A stretch of DNA of 63,992 nucleotides, filler included, from Octopus bimaculoides (GCF_001194135.2; 7 parts of 7 records of this genome joined end to end with filler, not necessarily neighbours in it), one strand, 5' to 3'. Shown: positions 38,400-51,940, counted from the whole stretch's first letter. The notes: generated by a model from the letters alone, not told the origin. Numbers and translations: made by a program.

Positions 38400-39025
38400 T
38401 TCCATATTGCCCACAAGGGGCTAAACATAGAGGAGACAAACAAGGGCAGAGAAAGGGATTAAGTCGATTACATTGACCCCAATGCGTAACATCTACTTAT
38501 TTAATCGACCCCGAAAGGTTGAAAGGCAAAGTCGACCTCGGTGGAATTTGAACTCAGAACGTAGCGACGGGCGAAATACCGCTAAACATTTCGCCCGGTG
38601 TGCAAACGATTCTTTTCAGCTCTGAGTACAAGGCCCGAAATTTTTAGGGAGGGGGCTAGTTGACTAGATCGACCCTAGTACGCAGCTAGAACTTAATTTT
38701 ATCGACCCCCGAAAGGATGAGAGGTAAAGTCCACCTCGGCGGAATTTGAACTCAGAATGTAACGGTAGACGAAATACCGCTAAGCATTTCGCCCGGTGTG
38801 CTAACGATTCTTTTCAGCTCTGAGTACAAGGCCCGAAATTTTTAGGGAGGGGGCCAGTTGACTAGATCGACCCTAGTACGCAACTAGAACTTAATTTTAT
38901 CGACCCCAGAAAGGATAAGAGGTAAAGTCCACCTCGGCGGAATTTGAACTCAGAATGTAACGGTAGACGAAATACCGCTAAGCATTTCGCCCGGCGTGCT
39001 AACGATTCAGCCAGCTCGCTGCCCT
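38400..39025 (-). repeat. Head-to-tail SINE B trimer containing a 198-bp tandem duplication
   Basis: 38612-38809 and 38810-39007 are nearly identical; the first SINE has a different tail. Confidence 0.9.
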
Positions 39026-39235
39026 GCAATTCTTCTATAGTAACATAGACTACATGTCTCTCTTCTTTCTTTCTCTCTCTTTCCCTCTCTCGCTCTCCTC
39101 TCTCTTTTTTCTTCTCTCTGTCTCTCTGTCTCTCTCTCTCTCTCTCTGCTTCTCTTTTTCACGGGTCTCAGAGGAATTTCCAAGGTTATGGGTATTCACA
39201 GACTTTTCCTCTAAACCAATACAATAAGAACAAAA

Positions 39236-39335
39236 NNNNNNNNNNNNNNNNNNNNNNNNNNNNNNNNNNNNNNNNNNNNTTAATTAATTAANNNNNNNNN
39301 NNNNNNNNNNNNNNNNNNNNNNNNNNNNNNNNNNN
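39236..39335. other. Artificial scaffold linker
   Basis: 44N-TTAATTAATTAA-44N. Confidence 0.95.
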
Positions 39336-39697
39336 AGTGGTGGAGGTGGTGGTGGTGTTGATGATGGTGGGGGTGGGGGTCGTCGTTGTGGTTATGGTAG
39401 TACTGATTTCGATAGTGGTGGTAGTGGTGCTAGTAGCTGTAGTGTTGACAATGGTGATGACGAAGGTGGTGGTGGTGGTGGTGGTGGTGAAAAAATGGTC
39501 ATGGAATCTGGTAATATAGAAAGCAAAACGTACACTCATTATGGATATGTGTGTATCTGTGTGTGGCAGTGTGTCCTTTGTATGTGTGTGCGTGTGTGTC
39601 TGTGAATACATGTGTGTGTGTGTGTGTGCTGACACATGTGAAGAAGGTATTTGTGTTTGAATGTGGTTATGCACATATGCATGTTTGTATATTTGTA

Positions 39698-39728
<31 letters not shown>

Positions 39729-39740
39729 TATATTTTCAGG

Positions 39741-39780
<40 letters not shown>

Positions 39781-39788
39781 TACATATA

Positions 39789-39858
<70 letters not shown>

Positions 39859-39954
39859 TGCATATATATACATAAGCATACATATATATATACATGCATA
39901 CATACATTATATATACATATATACATATACATGCATACATATATACATATACAT

Positions 39955-39985
<31 letters not shown>

Positions 39986-40487
39986 CACACACACATATAT
40001 ACATACATATATACATATGTATATATATATATCTTTCTTCATATGCTGATTTATAAACACGCTAACACACACACACACACACATCCATGACTGTGAGTGT
40101 GGTTGCATATTTCTGCAAATGATATGCACCTGCATGTAGATCTTGTCGAGGAGAAGTAAGAGGTAAGATCACTTCTCCCTTGCTTATGTTAAACTGTGTT
40201 GCTTGATTGAGCATGACAGATGGAGGGCCCCACACTCTGATCAATAATAATCAATTTCATTCCTTATATAGATCTCACACCCACACGTATACACACACAC
40301 ACCCATTCACAAAAACCAACATACATAATCACCAGCACCTACACTCTCACAAATACACATTAATATGTGTGTGTGTGTATGTGTATATATTTATATATAT
40401 ATATGTATGTATGTATATATATATATGTACATGTATATGTATATATATATATGTATATATATGAATATATATATACATATATGTATG

Positions 40488-40522
<35 letters not shown>

Positions 40523-40544
40523 ATGCATGCTACTGTCCCCTTGC

Positions 40545-40790
40545 TTTGACTTAGCATGATAATTGTAAATCAGTGTCACCATGATGCAAGCAGAATTCCT
40601 CATTTCTAATCTTCTGTCAAAGCATGTCTGACCATTGGGAAATAATATCATGAGTGGAAACCGGTGAGGGTTAGCAACAGGAAGGACATCCAGCAGCACA
40701 AAACTCTGCCTCAAAAAAATGTTATTCAATCCATGCAAGCACAGGAAAACAGACATAAAAAACAACAATGATGACGACAAAGACAACTTC
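40545..40790 (+). mobile_element. Degraded retroposon 3' part with (GAT)-like tail
   Basis: ggttagcaacaggaaggacatccagc...ccatgcaagcac...gatgacgac; the related end is on the minus strand at 44868-44955. Confidence 0.55.
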
Positions 40791-40885
40791 GTTGTTCCAA
40801 CAGCAGACAACATAAAAGAAGCCTTTATCAACATCTTTCAAAAGAAATAAAATGCAATATCAGACAAGATTTAAAGATGACTTAC

Positions 40886-41055
40886 CTTAAATAATGCCCC
40901 ATCATCACAGTGCCACACAATTCCTTCGACAGCTCCATTCGGATCGGACTTCATCCAAGACAAGAAATTCTCTCGTTTCATTTCACTGGTATAACTAACT
41001 TTTATGGAACCATGTACGATAAGTATATGAAATGGGAATTTCTTGCTCCCAAGAC
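40886..41055 (-). CDS. RLIG1: Internal exon of an RNA ligase 1 (C12orf29) orthologue
   Basis: ttttatctttatag|GT CTT...TTT AAG|gtaagt, 170 nt, reading (G)LGSKKFPFHILIVHGSIKVSYTSEMKRENFLSWMKSDPNGAVEGIVWHCDDGALFK. This matches the remembered human C12orf29 segment GLGSKKHPLHLLIPHG...EGIVWHCSDGCLIK. Confidence 0.92.
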
Positions 41056-41077
41056 CTATAAAGATAAAAGGGATACC

Positions 41078-41213
41078 CTAAAATACGGTTCTATATTTAA
41101 GAGATGAGGAATTATGTACATTATTTACATTTGACAGATATTTGTCCTCATCTTGTTGTTAACACAACGTTTTCGGCTGTTGTACCCTCCAGCCTTCATC
41201 AGGTATCTTGGGG
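41078..41213 (-). mobile_element. Penelope-type hammerhead-bearing repeat in the RLIG1 intron
   Basis: Same family as 33738-34044, without the insertion. Confidence 0.75.
41161..41207 (-). ncRNA. Minimal type I hammerhead ribozyme motif (core variant GAAAAC), sense to RLIG1
   Basis: GAUAC-CUGAUGA-A-GGCUG-GAGGGUACAA-CAGCC-GAAAAC-GUU-GUGUU. Confidence 0.75.
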
Positions 41214-41275
41214 TAGTGGTTAAGAGTGCGGGCTACTAACCCCAAGATTCCGAGTTTGATTCCAGGCAGTGAAGA

Positions 41276-41319
<44 letters not shown>

Positions 41320-41325
41320 TTAATA
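41213..41325 (+). mobile_element. Short tRNA-like SINE head with (AAT)n tail
   Basis: tagtggttaag A-box-like and gagtttgattcc B-box-like motifs, no complete cloverleaf, followed by (aat)n. Confidence 0.55.
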
Positions 41326-43629
41326 ATCCTTTCTACTATAAACCAAAGATCTGAAATTTTGGGGCAGGGGGCTAGTCAATTACATTGACCCCAGTGTTTC
41401 ACTGGTACTTAATTCATTGACCTTGAAAGGACGGAATTTGAACTCAGCAGAATTTGAACTCAGAGCGGGCAAAATACCNNNNNNNNNNNNNNNNNNNNNN
41501 NNNNNNNNNNNNNNNNNNNNNNNNNNNNNNNNNNNNNNNNNNNNNNNNNNNNNNNNNNNNNNNNNNNNNNNNNNNNNNNNNNNNNNNNNNNNNNNNNNNN
41601 NNNNNNNNNNNNNNNNNNNNNNNNNNNNNNNNNNNNNNNNNNNNNNNNNNNNNNNNNNNNNNNNNNNNNNNNNNNNNNNNNNNNNNNNNNNNNNNNNNNN
41701 NNNNNNNNNNNNNNNNNNNNNNNNNNNNNNNNNNNNNNNNNNNNNNNNNNNNNNNNNNNNNNNNNNNNNNNNNNNNNNNNNNNNNNNNNNNNNNNNNNNN
41801 NNNNNNNNNNNNNNNNNNNNNNNNNNNNNNNNNNNNNNNNNNNNNNNNNNNNNNNNNNNNNNNNNNNNNNNNNNNNNNNNNNNNNNNNNNNNNNNNNNNN
41901 NNNNNNNNNNNNNNNNNNNNNNNNNNNNNNNNNNNNNNNNNNNNNNNNNNNNNNNNNNNNNNNNNNNNNNNNNNNNNNNNNNNNNNNNNNNNNNNNNNNN
42001 NNNNNNNNNNNNNNNNNTATTGTCGTTGTTATTGTTCTTCTTCGTCTTATTATTGTTGTTCTTCTTTTTCTTCTTTTTATTATTGTTGTTGTTGTTCTTC
42101 TTCTTCTTCCTCTCCTTCTTCGTCTTATTATTATTGTCGTCGTTGTTGTTGTTGTTCTTCTTTTTCTTCTTTTTCTTCTTTGTCTTATTGTTGTTGTTCT
42201 TCTTCATCTTATTATTATTATTATTATTATTATTGTTGTTGTTGCTGTTGTTATCATCATCATCATATCATGCATTTGCATAGGTCCTCCTCAGTTGATG
42301 CCAATGTGGCAATTAAAACCATAATTACCATTATCATTATTATTGCTGTTGTCATCATCATCATCATCATTATTATAACATATTTATTAATGCACATATA
42401 CATTTGTTTAATACAGTTGGCATATAAACTGTATAATTTTATATTTATGTATGTATGTATGTATGTATATATGCATGTATGTGTGTGCGTGTCCATATGC
42501 ATGTGCACTGTGCGTATGTGCATGTGTAGGGGCGGTGCCCCTGCATGCATATACACATGCACGTGTGAACGAGTGAGTGCACATGAGTGTATATGTATAA
42601 ACGTGCACCTTCTTACTCCATATTTTATTGACATCCAGTTACATGATTACGCATATCTGATATACAATAGCAAAAAAAATCTCCTGCACAACCAAGAGTG
42701 CACATGCACAACGAAGAGTTCACATGCAAAAGATTTATTTTAAACACGAGAAACCAAAAATAAAAATCACTGAAAAACAGTAAAGAAAATAAAAATTGAT
42801 AATAAAAGCTTTCTTTTTGTTTTCTTTGTTGTTATTGCTGCTGTTGTTTTAGTGAAGATGTGTTTGTTTGTTTGTTGTGTTTTTGCGTCAATTGACAAGT
42901 GTAAAAAAGTAAAATGGTTAGAATTTTGTGAAATGGGAATTAAACAATGTCAAACTGCAGGAATCTAAATAGAGATTTAACTTCCATTGTTCATTCCATT
43001 AAAATATGTCTTGGCTTTCTCTCTCTCTCTCTCTCTCTCCTCTCTTCCTTATTCTGTTTTTATAACACAGATTAATATGAAATATATATACCTTATATAT
43101 ATATATATATATATATAAATCATGTATATTACACACATGCATATATACACACTCACACAAACACACACGTAGCCATACACAGATACACACACAGCCACAT
43201 GTGTACGTACACACACACATACACACACACACACACACAAGGCAGCGAGCTGGCAGAAACGTTACCACGCCGGGCAAAATGCTACCACGTCCACTTACAA
43301 GGCTTTGGTCAGCCTGAGGCTGTAGTAGAAGATACTTGCCCAAGGTATCACACAGTGAGACTGAACCTGGAACCATGTGGTTGGTAAGCAAGTTATTTAT
43401 ATATAGATATATATATATATAAAGAATGATAAATTTGTAAAAATACATGTGCCTGTGTATGAGAATGTAGGTATGTATATACTTGTATGCATATGTATAT
43501 GTGTGTGTGTAGGTATATATATATGCTTGTTTATAAATATGTGTATGTGTATGTATACATATGTTTTTGTGTATATACTTATGTATATAGATATATATGT
43601 ATATGTGTACATAAATTTATATACAACTG

Positions 43630-43662
<33 letters not shown>

Positions 43663-43687
43663 GTATATATGCATATANNNNNNNNNN

Positions 43688-44125
43688 GTATAGACGTGTG
43701 TATGTATAGATGTGTATGTATAGACGTGTGTGTGTATAGACGTGTGTATGTATAGACGTGTGTATGTATAGACGTGTGTGTGTGTATAGACGTGTGTGTG
43801 TGTAGACGTGTGTATGTATAGACATGTGTATGTATAGACGTGTGTATGTATAGTCGTGTGTGTGTATAGACGTGTGTATGTATAGACATGTGTATGTATA
43901 GACGTGTGTGTGTGTATAGACGTGTGTATGTATAGACGTGTGTATGTATAGACGTGTGTATGTATAGACGTGTGTGTGTATAGACGTGTGTGTGTATAGA
44001 CGTGTGTATGTATAGATGTGTGTATGTATAGACGTGTGTGTGTGTATAGACGTGTGTATGTATAGACATGTGTATGTATAGACGTGTGTATGTATAGACG
44101 TGTGTATGTATAGTCGTGTGTGTGT
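43688..44125. repeat. 16-20-bp minisatellite (gtatagacgtgtgtat variants)
   Basis: Recurring tagacgtgtg core separated by variable TG/TA units. Confidence 0.9.
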
Positions 44126-44434
44126 ATGACAGAAGACAAGCAACAAGCTAAAGATAGTGACAAACAAAACAGAAGCCATCCAGTGCTTATTCTTGCAGCC
44201 ATCTTTCCAGATTAGACTCAAAGATAAACGGATTCCCTCACAAACAGACGACGTTTCATTCTTGCTGTTTCTGTTGTTGTCAATGACATTGTATATATCA
44301 TTATTGTTGCTGCTGTTACTGCTGCTGTAAGTATGTGAATCTGAGAGAGGAATATGCTTGAATAGAATCATTATTAACTGATGATTCTCCTGTATTTTCT
44401 TTTGCCCCAAACCAGGAACTTTTCAGCACTCCCT

Positions 44435-44478
<44 letters not shown>

Positions 44479-45387
44479 NNNNNNNNNNNNNNNNNNNNNN
44501 NNNNNNNNNNNNNNNNNNNNNNNNNNNNNNNNNNNNNNNNNNNNNNNNNNNNNNNNNNNNNNNNNNNNNNNNNNNNNNNNNNNNNNNNNNNNNNNNNNNN
44601 NNNNNNNNNNNNNNNNNNNNNNNNNNNNNNNNNNNNNNNNNNNNNNNNNNNNNNNNNNNNNNNNNNNNNNNNNNNNNNNNNNNNNNNNNNNNNNNNNNNN
44701 NNNNNNNNNNNNNNNNNNNNNNNNNNNNNNNNNNNNNNNNNNNNNNNNNNNNNNNNNNNNNNNNNNNNNNNNNNNNNNNNNNNNNNNNNNNNNNNNNNNN
44801 NNNNNNNNNNNNNNNNNNNNNNNNNNNNNNNNNNNNNNNNNNNNNNNNATATATATCATCATCATCATCATCATCATCATTTATCGTCTGCTTTCCATGC
44901 TAGCATGGGTTGGACGATTTGACTGAGGACTGGTGAACCAGATGGCTATCAGGCATGTGCCATCAGTAATTACTCAGGGTAGGCAGTTGGCAACCTTTAT
45001 GTAGTAAAACTCACAAAAAATAGGCAAAACACAGGCACGTGACTGAGTTGAAGGCAGATTTACTTCTGCCTTTCTAGCACATAAAGAAAACGGAGTTGTT
45101 AGAGTGTACACAGCATGTGTGCTACAGTACTACTATGCATAACTTAAATACTGAGATTGAAAAGCAGGGGTAAATTATGCTTACCTAATCTACAAAAAAA
45201 TAAAATATTTTGCATTTTATGCACAGAAATCAGAGTAACCTTCATAATTTTAGTGAATTAGGTGCATATTTTGCCATGAGAGAAAAATGTTGCTCTCGAT
45301 CTATTTTATTCAAGGTAGGCACTATCTACCTTGTCCACCTAGGTGGCATGTCCCTGGTATATATGTAAATATATATACATATATACA

Positions 45388-45590
45388 AGGTGGCGATCTG
45401 GCAGAAGCGTTATCATGCTGGGTGAAATGCTTAGTTGTATTTCGTCTGTCTTTATGTTCTGAGTTCAAATTACACTGAGGTTGACTTCGCCTTTCATCCT
45501 TTCGGGGTCGATAAACTAAGTACCAGTTGCATACTGAGGTTCGATCTAATTGACTGGGCCCCTTCCCCAAAAATTTCGGGCCTTATGAAA
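45388..45590 (+). mobile_element. SINE family B
   Basis: ggcgatctggcagaagcg...gagttcaaatt...gcctttcatcctttcggggtcgat...aagtaccag. Confidence 0.87.
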
Positions 45591-45612
45591 AATTAGAAAA
45601 AATATATATATA

Positions 45613-45968
45613 GGCGTAGGAGTGGCTGCGTTGTAAGTAGCTTGCTTACCAACCACATGGTTCTGTGTTCAGTCTCACTGCATGGCACCTTTGGCAAGTG
45701 TCTTCTACAAAGCCTTGTGAGTGGATTTGGTAGATGGAAACTGAAAGAAGCCCATCGTATATATGTATATATGTATATGTGTGTGTGTGTTTGTGTGTCT
45801 ATGTTTGTCCCCCCACAACATCACTTGACAACCAATGTTGGTGTGTTTATGTCCCATTACTTAGCGGTTCGGCAAAAGAGACCGAAAGAATAAGTACTAG
45901 GCTTACAAAGAGGCAGTGCTCCAGCATGGCCACAGTTAAAATGACTGAAACAAGTAAAAGAGTAAGAG
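45613..45968 (+). mobile_element. Near full-length SINE family A
   Basis: ggcgtaggagtggctgcgttgtaagtagcttgc head, internal TA/TG tract, gtaaaagagtaagag tail. Confidence 0.9.
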
Positions 45969-45993
45969 CATACATACAAGGGAGTCCTGAAAA

Positions 45994-46093
45994 NNNNNNN
46001 NNNNNNNNNNNNNNNNNNNNNNNNNNNNNNNNNNNNNTTAATTAATTAANNNNNNNNNNNNNNNNNNNNNNNNNNNNNNNNNNNNNNNNNNNN
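45994..46093. other. Artificial scaffold linker
   Basis: 44N-TTAATTAATTAA-44N. Confidence 0.95.
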
Positions 46094-46351
46094 AAATCGT
46101 AACTCCATGCAAGTGTGATATTTTCAGGTAGAAATATTTTTGCAGAACTGTGGTATGTGGAACTAACTACACTTTTGAAAAATGCTAATCCATTGTGCTA
46201 CACTTTGACAATTTGCAAATCTTGGCATCTGAAGCAGCTGCAGATACGATAGTTTAACCAAAAGAACTGGCTATTGCAAGCAAAATTAAATATTGAAAAA
46301 GAAAAAACGCATTTCGTCAAAATTGGACATACGACAGCTTAACATAATAGC

Positions 46352-46392
<41 letters not shown>

Positions 46393-47185
46393 TGGGGCAA
46401 GCAGTGAAAATGGGTGATCAACACTGCATCTGATGAATATGTTCTTTGATTAAGGGGGATTAACAATGCTATCTATTTGGTTTCCACATTATTCAAGCGT
46501 TCCACTTGAGCATATTGGTAATCGGTGTCCATATTGGATGAGGCTATATGTGTATGTTTGTGTGTGTGTGTGTGTGTGTGTATGGTGCCTACATATTTCA
46601 CTAAAATTTTGGTGGTGTAAGGCACTGTTATTTGTCAGTTTGTGAGCCACTAGTTTATATCGTTCTCCTGTGCTTAATTAGTACTTTAATTTAACTATGG
46701 ACACCAAGTCATTGAAAGGCAAACCAGACAAGATTTGAACTCGGAGCATAAATGATCGTAACTAAAGGCCGCAAGGCATTTTGCCTCCATCACCCAACTG
46801 TCTCACCTAATTAAACGCCCTGCTTTTGCATGATTTTTTTACTTTTTCTTGAAAAGAAAAATACAAGTAAAAATGTGTTGAGTGATTCCGTAGCTGTTAT
46901 GTATTTAAATACTTCATGGTGGAGATACGGCGTGGTTTGTAAATGGGACATTTTTGAAGTGTGTAATCCCAATAATGGAAGTTAAAAGGGTATAAATGGT
47001 TGCAGTCTTGCTGGTGTTGTTGTTGCTGTTATTGTTCGTGGTGGCAATGGTGGTGGTGGTGGTGGTGGTGATGGTGGCGATGGTATTTTTCTTGTTGATG
47101 TTGTTGTTGTTATCGTGGCTACTGCTTTTGGTTGTTGATGGAAATGTAATAGACACACGGCAGTGATTCTTATCAAACAAATTAA

Positions 47186-47263
<78 letters not shown>

Positions 47264-49333
47264 CAAACATAAATACACGTAAATACACACAAACACACAT
47301 ACACACATACACATGCACAAACGCGTGACTTTCATTATGTTTTTGTNNNNNNNNNNNNNNNNNNNNNNNNNNNNNNNNNNNNNNNNNNNNNNNNNNNNNN
47401 NNNNNNNNNNNNNNNNNNNNNNNNNNNNNNNNNNNNNNNNNNNNNNNNNNNNNNNNNNNNNNNNNNNNNNNNNNNNNNNNNNNNNNNNNNNNNNNNNNNN
47501 NNNNNNNNNNNNNNNNNNNNNNNNNNNNNNNNNNNNNNNNNNNNNNNNNNNNNNNNNNNNNNNNNNNNNNNNNNNNNNNNNNNNNNNNNNNNNNNNNNNN
47601 NNNNNNNNNNNNNNNNNNNNNNNNNNNNNNNNNNNNNNNNNNNNNNNNNNNNNNNNNNNNNNNNNNNNNNNNNNNNNNNNNNNNNNNNNNNNNNNNNNNN
47701 NNNNNNNNNNNNNNNNNNNNTATATATATATATATATATTCATATATATACGTACATACATATGTACACATACGCACACGCAATGAAAAGAGACATATGT
47801 TATGTGTACACACGTTGTTCCTTCCGCACAGACACCGAGTTTTGTGTTTTTTTGTTTTTAATTTCCTTTTAAGGTACTCACATCACATGTCGTTCAAAGA
47901 AAGAGACTGGTTCCCATAATCCATTCCAATAAACGCTACAAATACATTCATAAACGCATAAAACACTTAGACACAAACACATACACACGCATAAACCAAC
48001 ATGAAAGTCAAAAATTCACTGTGGTTATTATGTTTCTCATCTATGTTAGATCTATATAATACAAACTCTTGACTTGAACTGTTTCATGTCAAATTCTCTA
48101 CACACTTTATTCACAATAAATATACATTGCAACCATATTATTTCTGTATCTAATAATGTAGATCACAAGCACTGAATGAATAATAATAAATAACGGGGTA
48201 TTTAAAAACAAAAACTAGCTTTCCTAAAACTATGGAAACGCTCTTTAATTTGATACGTTATAATGAACACGATTCACGATTTAAGAATCTTTTACCTCCT
48301 CTTTCTCACATCTAATAGCTGAACGTCAAGAGTTGTGGTTTAAAGCCATGCATGTCTGTGTGGTTAAGAAACTCGTTTTTGTAATCATGTTGTTCTGTGT
48401 TTAACATCTTTGTATAGTATCTTGAGTGTTTTCTACCATGACTTGTGTTGAAAGCATTTCTTTTTGAGAATATGTTATTAATTTCTCATAAAACAAGTTA
48501 TGATTATTGTATTCGAGCGTCAAAAACGCAACATAAAAAATCGTGTCAATTTCCATCACTTCACGACGGCGTGTAAGGAACACATTGAAGTATGTTGTCT
48601 TAGATGCAGGGCCCCGTTTAAATGTTCATAGGCCTGGATGCTTGCTGTACGGAAAAAGTCTACCTCTCCACCTCAGTTCACGTATGATGAAACTGCTCGA
48701 TCATCTCAAGGGTTCATGACCCCAGGGTCAATTTAGGCCCCAGCGCTGCAGCAACCATTCTTAAACTAGCACTCCTTTGATATTCCTAATAGATGGAATG
48801 ATTGTAACTTGAATTTCTTTGTTGAATCAAAGTTGACCTGGAATTAAATGGTACCTTAAACTTAGTTAAAGTTTCCTAGAGTATAACAAACCAACATGTT
48901 CTTCTCTGTAATATCTCAGAAATGTATCATGGCTGCCTAGTTAAAATGTTTGCTTCATGACCAAGCACTTTCAGATTTAAATCCGGATTAAATTGATTCC
49001 CAGTAGTTGACTGGGCAGGTATCACCATGACAACTTTCTTTCTCTGTCATGGTCAAGGAAACGATCACCCGCTACACACCTTCCTTCCAAGCACTACTGT
49101 AAATAGCGAAAGTGAGCTAGAGCCTTAAGACTTAGTGCGCATGCACCACAGAGTTCAAGGTCAAACTGTGTCAAGCGGCTTCACTGCGTGCTTTAGCTTC
49201 GTTACTATGTCAACAGTCCGGATACTTATTGATCAGACCTCGTATGTGCGTGCGTGTGTGTACGTATATGTATGTATGTGTATATATATAAGCATAAATA
49301 TATGTGTGTGTGTATGTGTGTGTGCGTGCATGC

Positions 49334-49373
<40 letters not shown>

Positions 49374-49395
49374 NNNNNNNNNNTATATGTATATA

Positions 49396-49433
<38 letters not shown>

Positions 49434-50289
49434 CAGCAGAACCTTCAAGTAAGGGACATAAAAGTAGAATTAATGTTTTGATGAAGAGTATCGTAAATCG
49501 GTCAATATCAAAAGTACTTTCACAGATATCAAAATTTGGTACACTTAGAATAACATATGTTCATAATCACCCTTATGTTTTTAAAGGCCACCGTTGAGGT
49601 CATTTTAATAACTTACTTTATAAGATTAATTCTCTTTTAGTGTCGGTTCTTTGAAACTCTTGATATGAGTATATATTGTCTGTTCTCGTTTTGTCAATTC
49701 AATTTAACCTTGTACTTCAATAAAGCCAATAATTACAATGAGCAGGATATTGTATCACCCATCAAAATGGATTGCGCACTTTCCGAAAACGCCCAGTATT
49801 AGTCGACTCTCTTTCTGTAATTAACTTAAAAAAACAGCATGGCTTACAATGTAAAAAAAAACACAAACAAAAAAACTTACACATTAATGTAAGGAATCAA
49901 GAATTACATATAAAGTTATGTATTAAAAGACAAATGTGCGTCGAAGAACCAACTAAAAAAATGTGCTAAATATTAACAATTTGAAACAATTTATAAAAAG
50001 ACTTTTCTTACTTCGCCAAAAAATTCGTTATAAAAGTAAGCTGAAGCCATTTACGGCAATCTTTCGAATTATGTATATTTAAAATCGCGGATAAACGGCA
50101 ACAAGTCGCATCAAGAGAAAGTGGAAGAAAGGCACTCTTAGTGTATGTGTATATGTATGTGTGTAGTATATATAACCATGCGAGTGTATGTTTCGATCTG
50201 ACTGATCGTTAGCTTAAGTTTCTGGTTGCCTAATTTTACTCACAAAGTTTTTGTCGACCTGACACTAAGGTAAAAAAATACTATTAATC

Positions 50290-51043
50290 CTCTGCATGAT
50301 GCCACTAACACTGATCCTGAGGAAAGCAAAGGCTAGATATGTATTCAAGAGCCACCAACAAAATGTCAGCCACTTGTTATTCATGGATGACCTCAAACTT
50401 TATGGTAACGATGAATTCCAATTCAGTTCTCTCGTTGATACGGTGTATTCTTTCAGTGCTGATATCAGAATGGAGTTCGAACTCGAGGGAGGTTATGAAG
50501 CAGATAAAAGAGACGGGCTATAAGTACTTGGAGATTTTGAAAATGGATAGATTAATGAGGAAAGAAATGACAGAAAAATTTAAGATGGAATACTTGCGCA
50601 GACTGAGACTGATCCTTAAGTTGAAATTAAAGGGACGGAATAAGATCAAAGCTATCAACACCTGGGCGGTTTCACTCCTTAGATATGGAGCAGGGGTAAT
50701 CGCACGAGCAGTAGACGAACTAAACAGCTTAGACAGAAAATTATACATACAGACTGTATGTACCAAGAAAAAGAGGGGGAAAGGACTGATTGGATGCGAA
50801 CACAGCATTAGAGCAGAAGAGAACAACGTAGCATGGTATGTAAAAAAATGCCACAGAACTGCTATTATTGGAAGTAAGAAGGCTTGTGTAGGATGGAAGA
50901 TTGCAAAGATAAAGCATCGTACAAGGACTTAAAAATGAATGATACTGAAAATAGGTGGATAAAGAAAAGAATGCATGGACAATTTCATAGAGATGTTGAA
51001 GATAAGACAGACAGAGAAGAAAGATGGCTATGGATGACTAGAA
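50290..51043 (+). mobile_element. R4/Dong LINE RT/thumb fragment, frameshifted
   Basis: HLLFMDDLKL, YKYLEI, EYLRRLRLILKLKLKGRNKIKAINTWAVSLLRYGAG, KGLIGCE, KRMHGQF; cut off by a SINE A at 51044. Confidence 0.88.
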
Positions 51044-51188
51044 GTTTCCGTCTACCAAATCCACTCACAAGGCTTTGGTCGGCCCGAGGTTATAGTAGAA
51101 GACACTTGCCCAAGATGCCATGCAGTGGAACTGAACCCGGAACCATGTGGTTGGTAAGCAATCTACTTACCACACAGCTTCTCCTGCG

Positions 51189-51190
<2 letters not shown>
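51044..51190 (-). mobile_element. SINE family A, 5' half
   Basis: agtttccgtctaccaaatccactcacaaggc...ttaccacacagc. Confidence 0.9.
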
Positions 51191-51231
<41 letters not shown>

Positions 51232-51795
51232 NNNNNNNNNNNNNNNNNNNNNNNNNNNNNNNNNNNNNNNNNNNNNNNNNNNNNNNNNNNNNNNNNNNNN
51301 NNNNNNNNNNNNNNNNNNNNNNNNNNNNNNNNNNNNNNNNNNNNNNNNNNNNNNNNNNNNNNNNNNNNNNNNNNNNNNNNNNNNNNNNNNNNNNNNNNNN
51401 NNNNNTATATATATATATATATATATTGTTACTAAAAATAGGAAAGACTGGGGAAATGAAATAACTGATGATCAATAATAAAATAAAATCTGGAGTAAAT
51501 GTTATCTTTTGTGAAATTCTGAAAGATGTATTTATAAATTTTCGGGGTTAAAATAGAGTTAATCTTTTCCATCTGCACATGTCTCACGAATGACAAAGCG
51601 CATTGGCTGATGACAGCACATCACTGAATTATGAGATAATCCTATCCATGCAAGGACCTCAATTGCACAATGACTATCATGAGTTATAATGGGAAAATCT
51701 CATAGGAAGTAATTCTCTTCACTCAGTTGCTCACTGTCAAGTATCTCCTTCGCGATTACTACAGGAGGTATTGGGTGTCCTATGTTCAGACACTT

Positions 51796-51856
<61 letters not shown>

Positions 51857-51899
51857 NNNNNNNNNNCTCTTTCTCTCTTTCTCTCTTTCTCTTCTCTCT

Positions 51900-51940
<41 letters not shown>

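Noticed and set aside
40062-40244. Next RLIG1 exon
   Set aside because: It does not encode the expected HRHH/WP segment in any frame examined, and its donor is weak.
41213-41275. tRNA gene
   Set aside because: Only A/B-box-like motifs are present, with no complete cloverleaf and an (AAT)n tail, so it is a SINE head. The same applies to the other SINE heads.
44130-44410. Stop-free minus frame with a hydrophobic segment (WMASVLFVTIFSLLLVFC) after a ctctctcag acceptor
   Set aside because: Low-complexity GTT/GCT sequence, open and hydrophobic on both strands, running into a minisatellite, with no recognisable homology.
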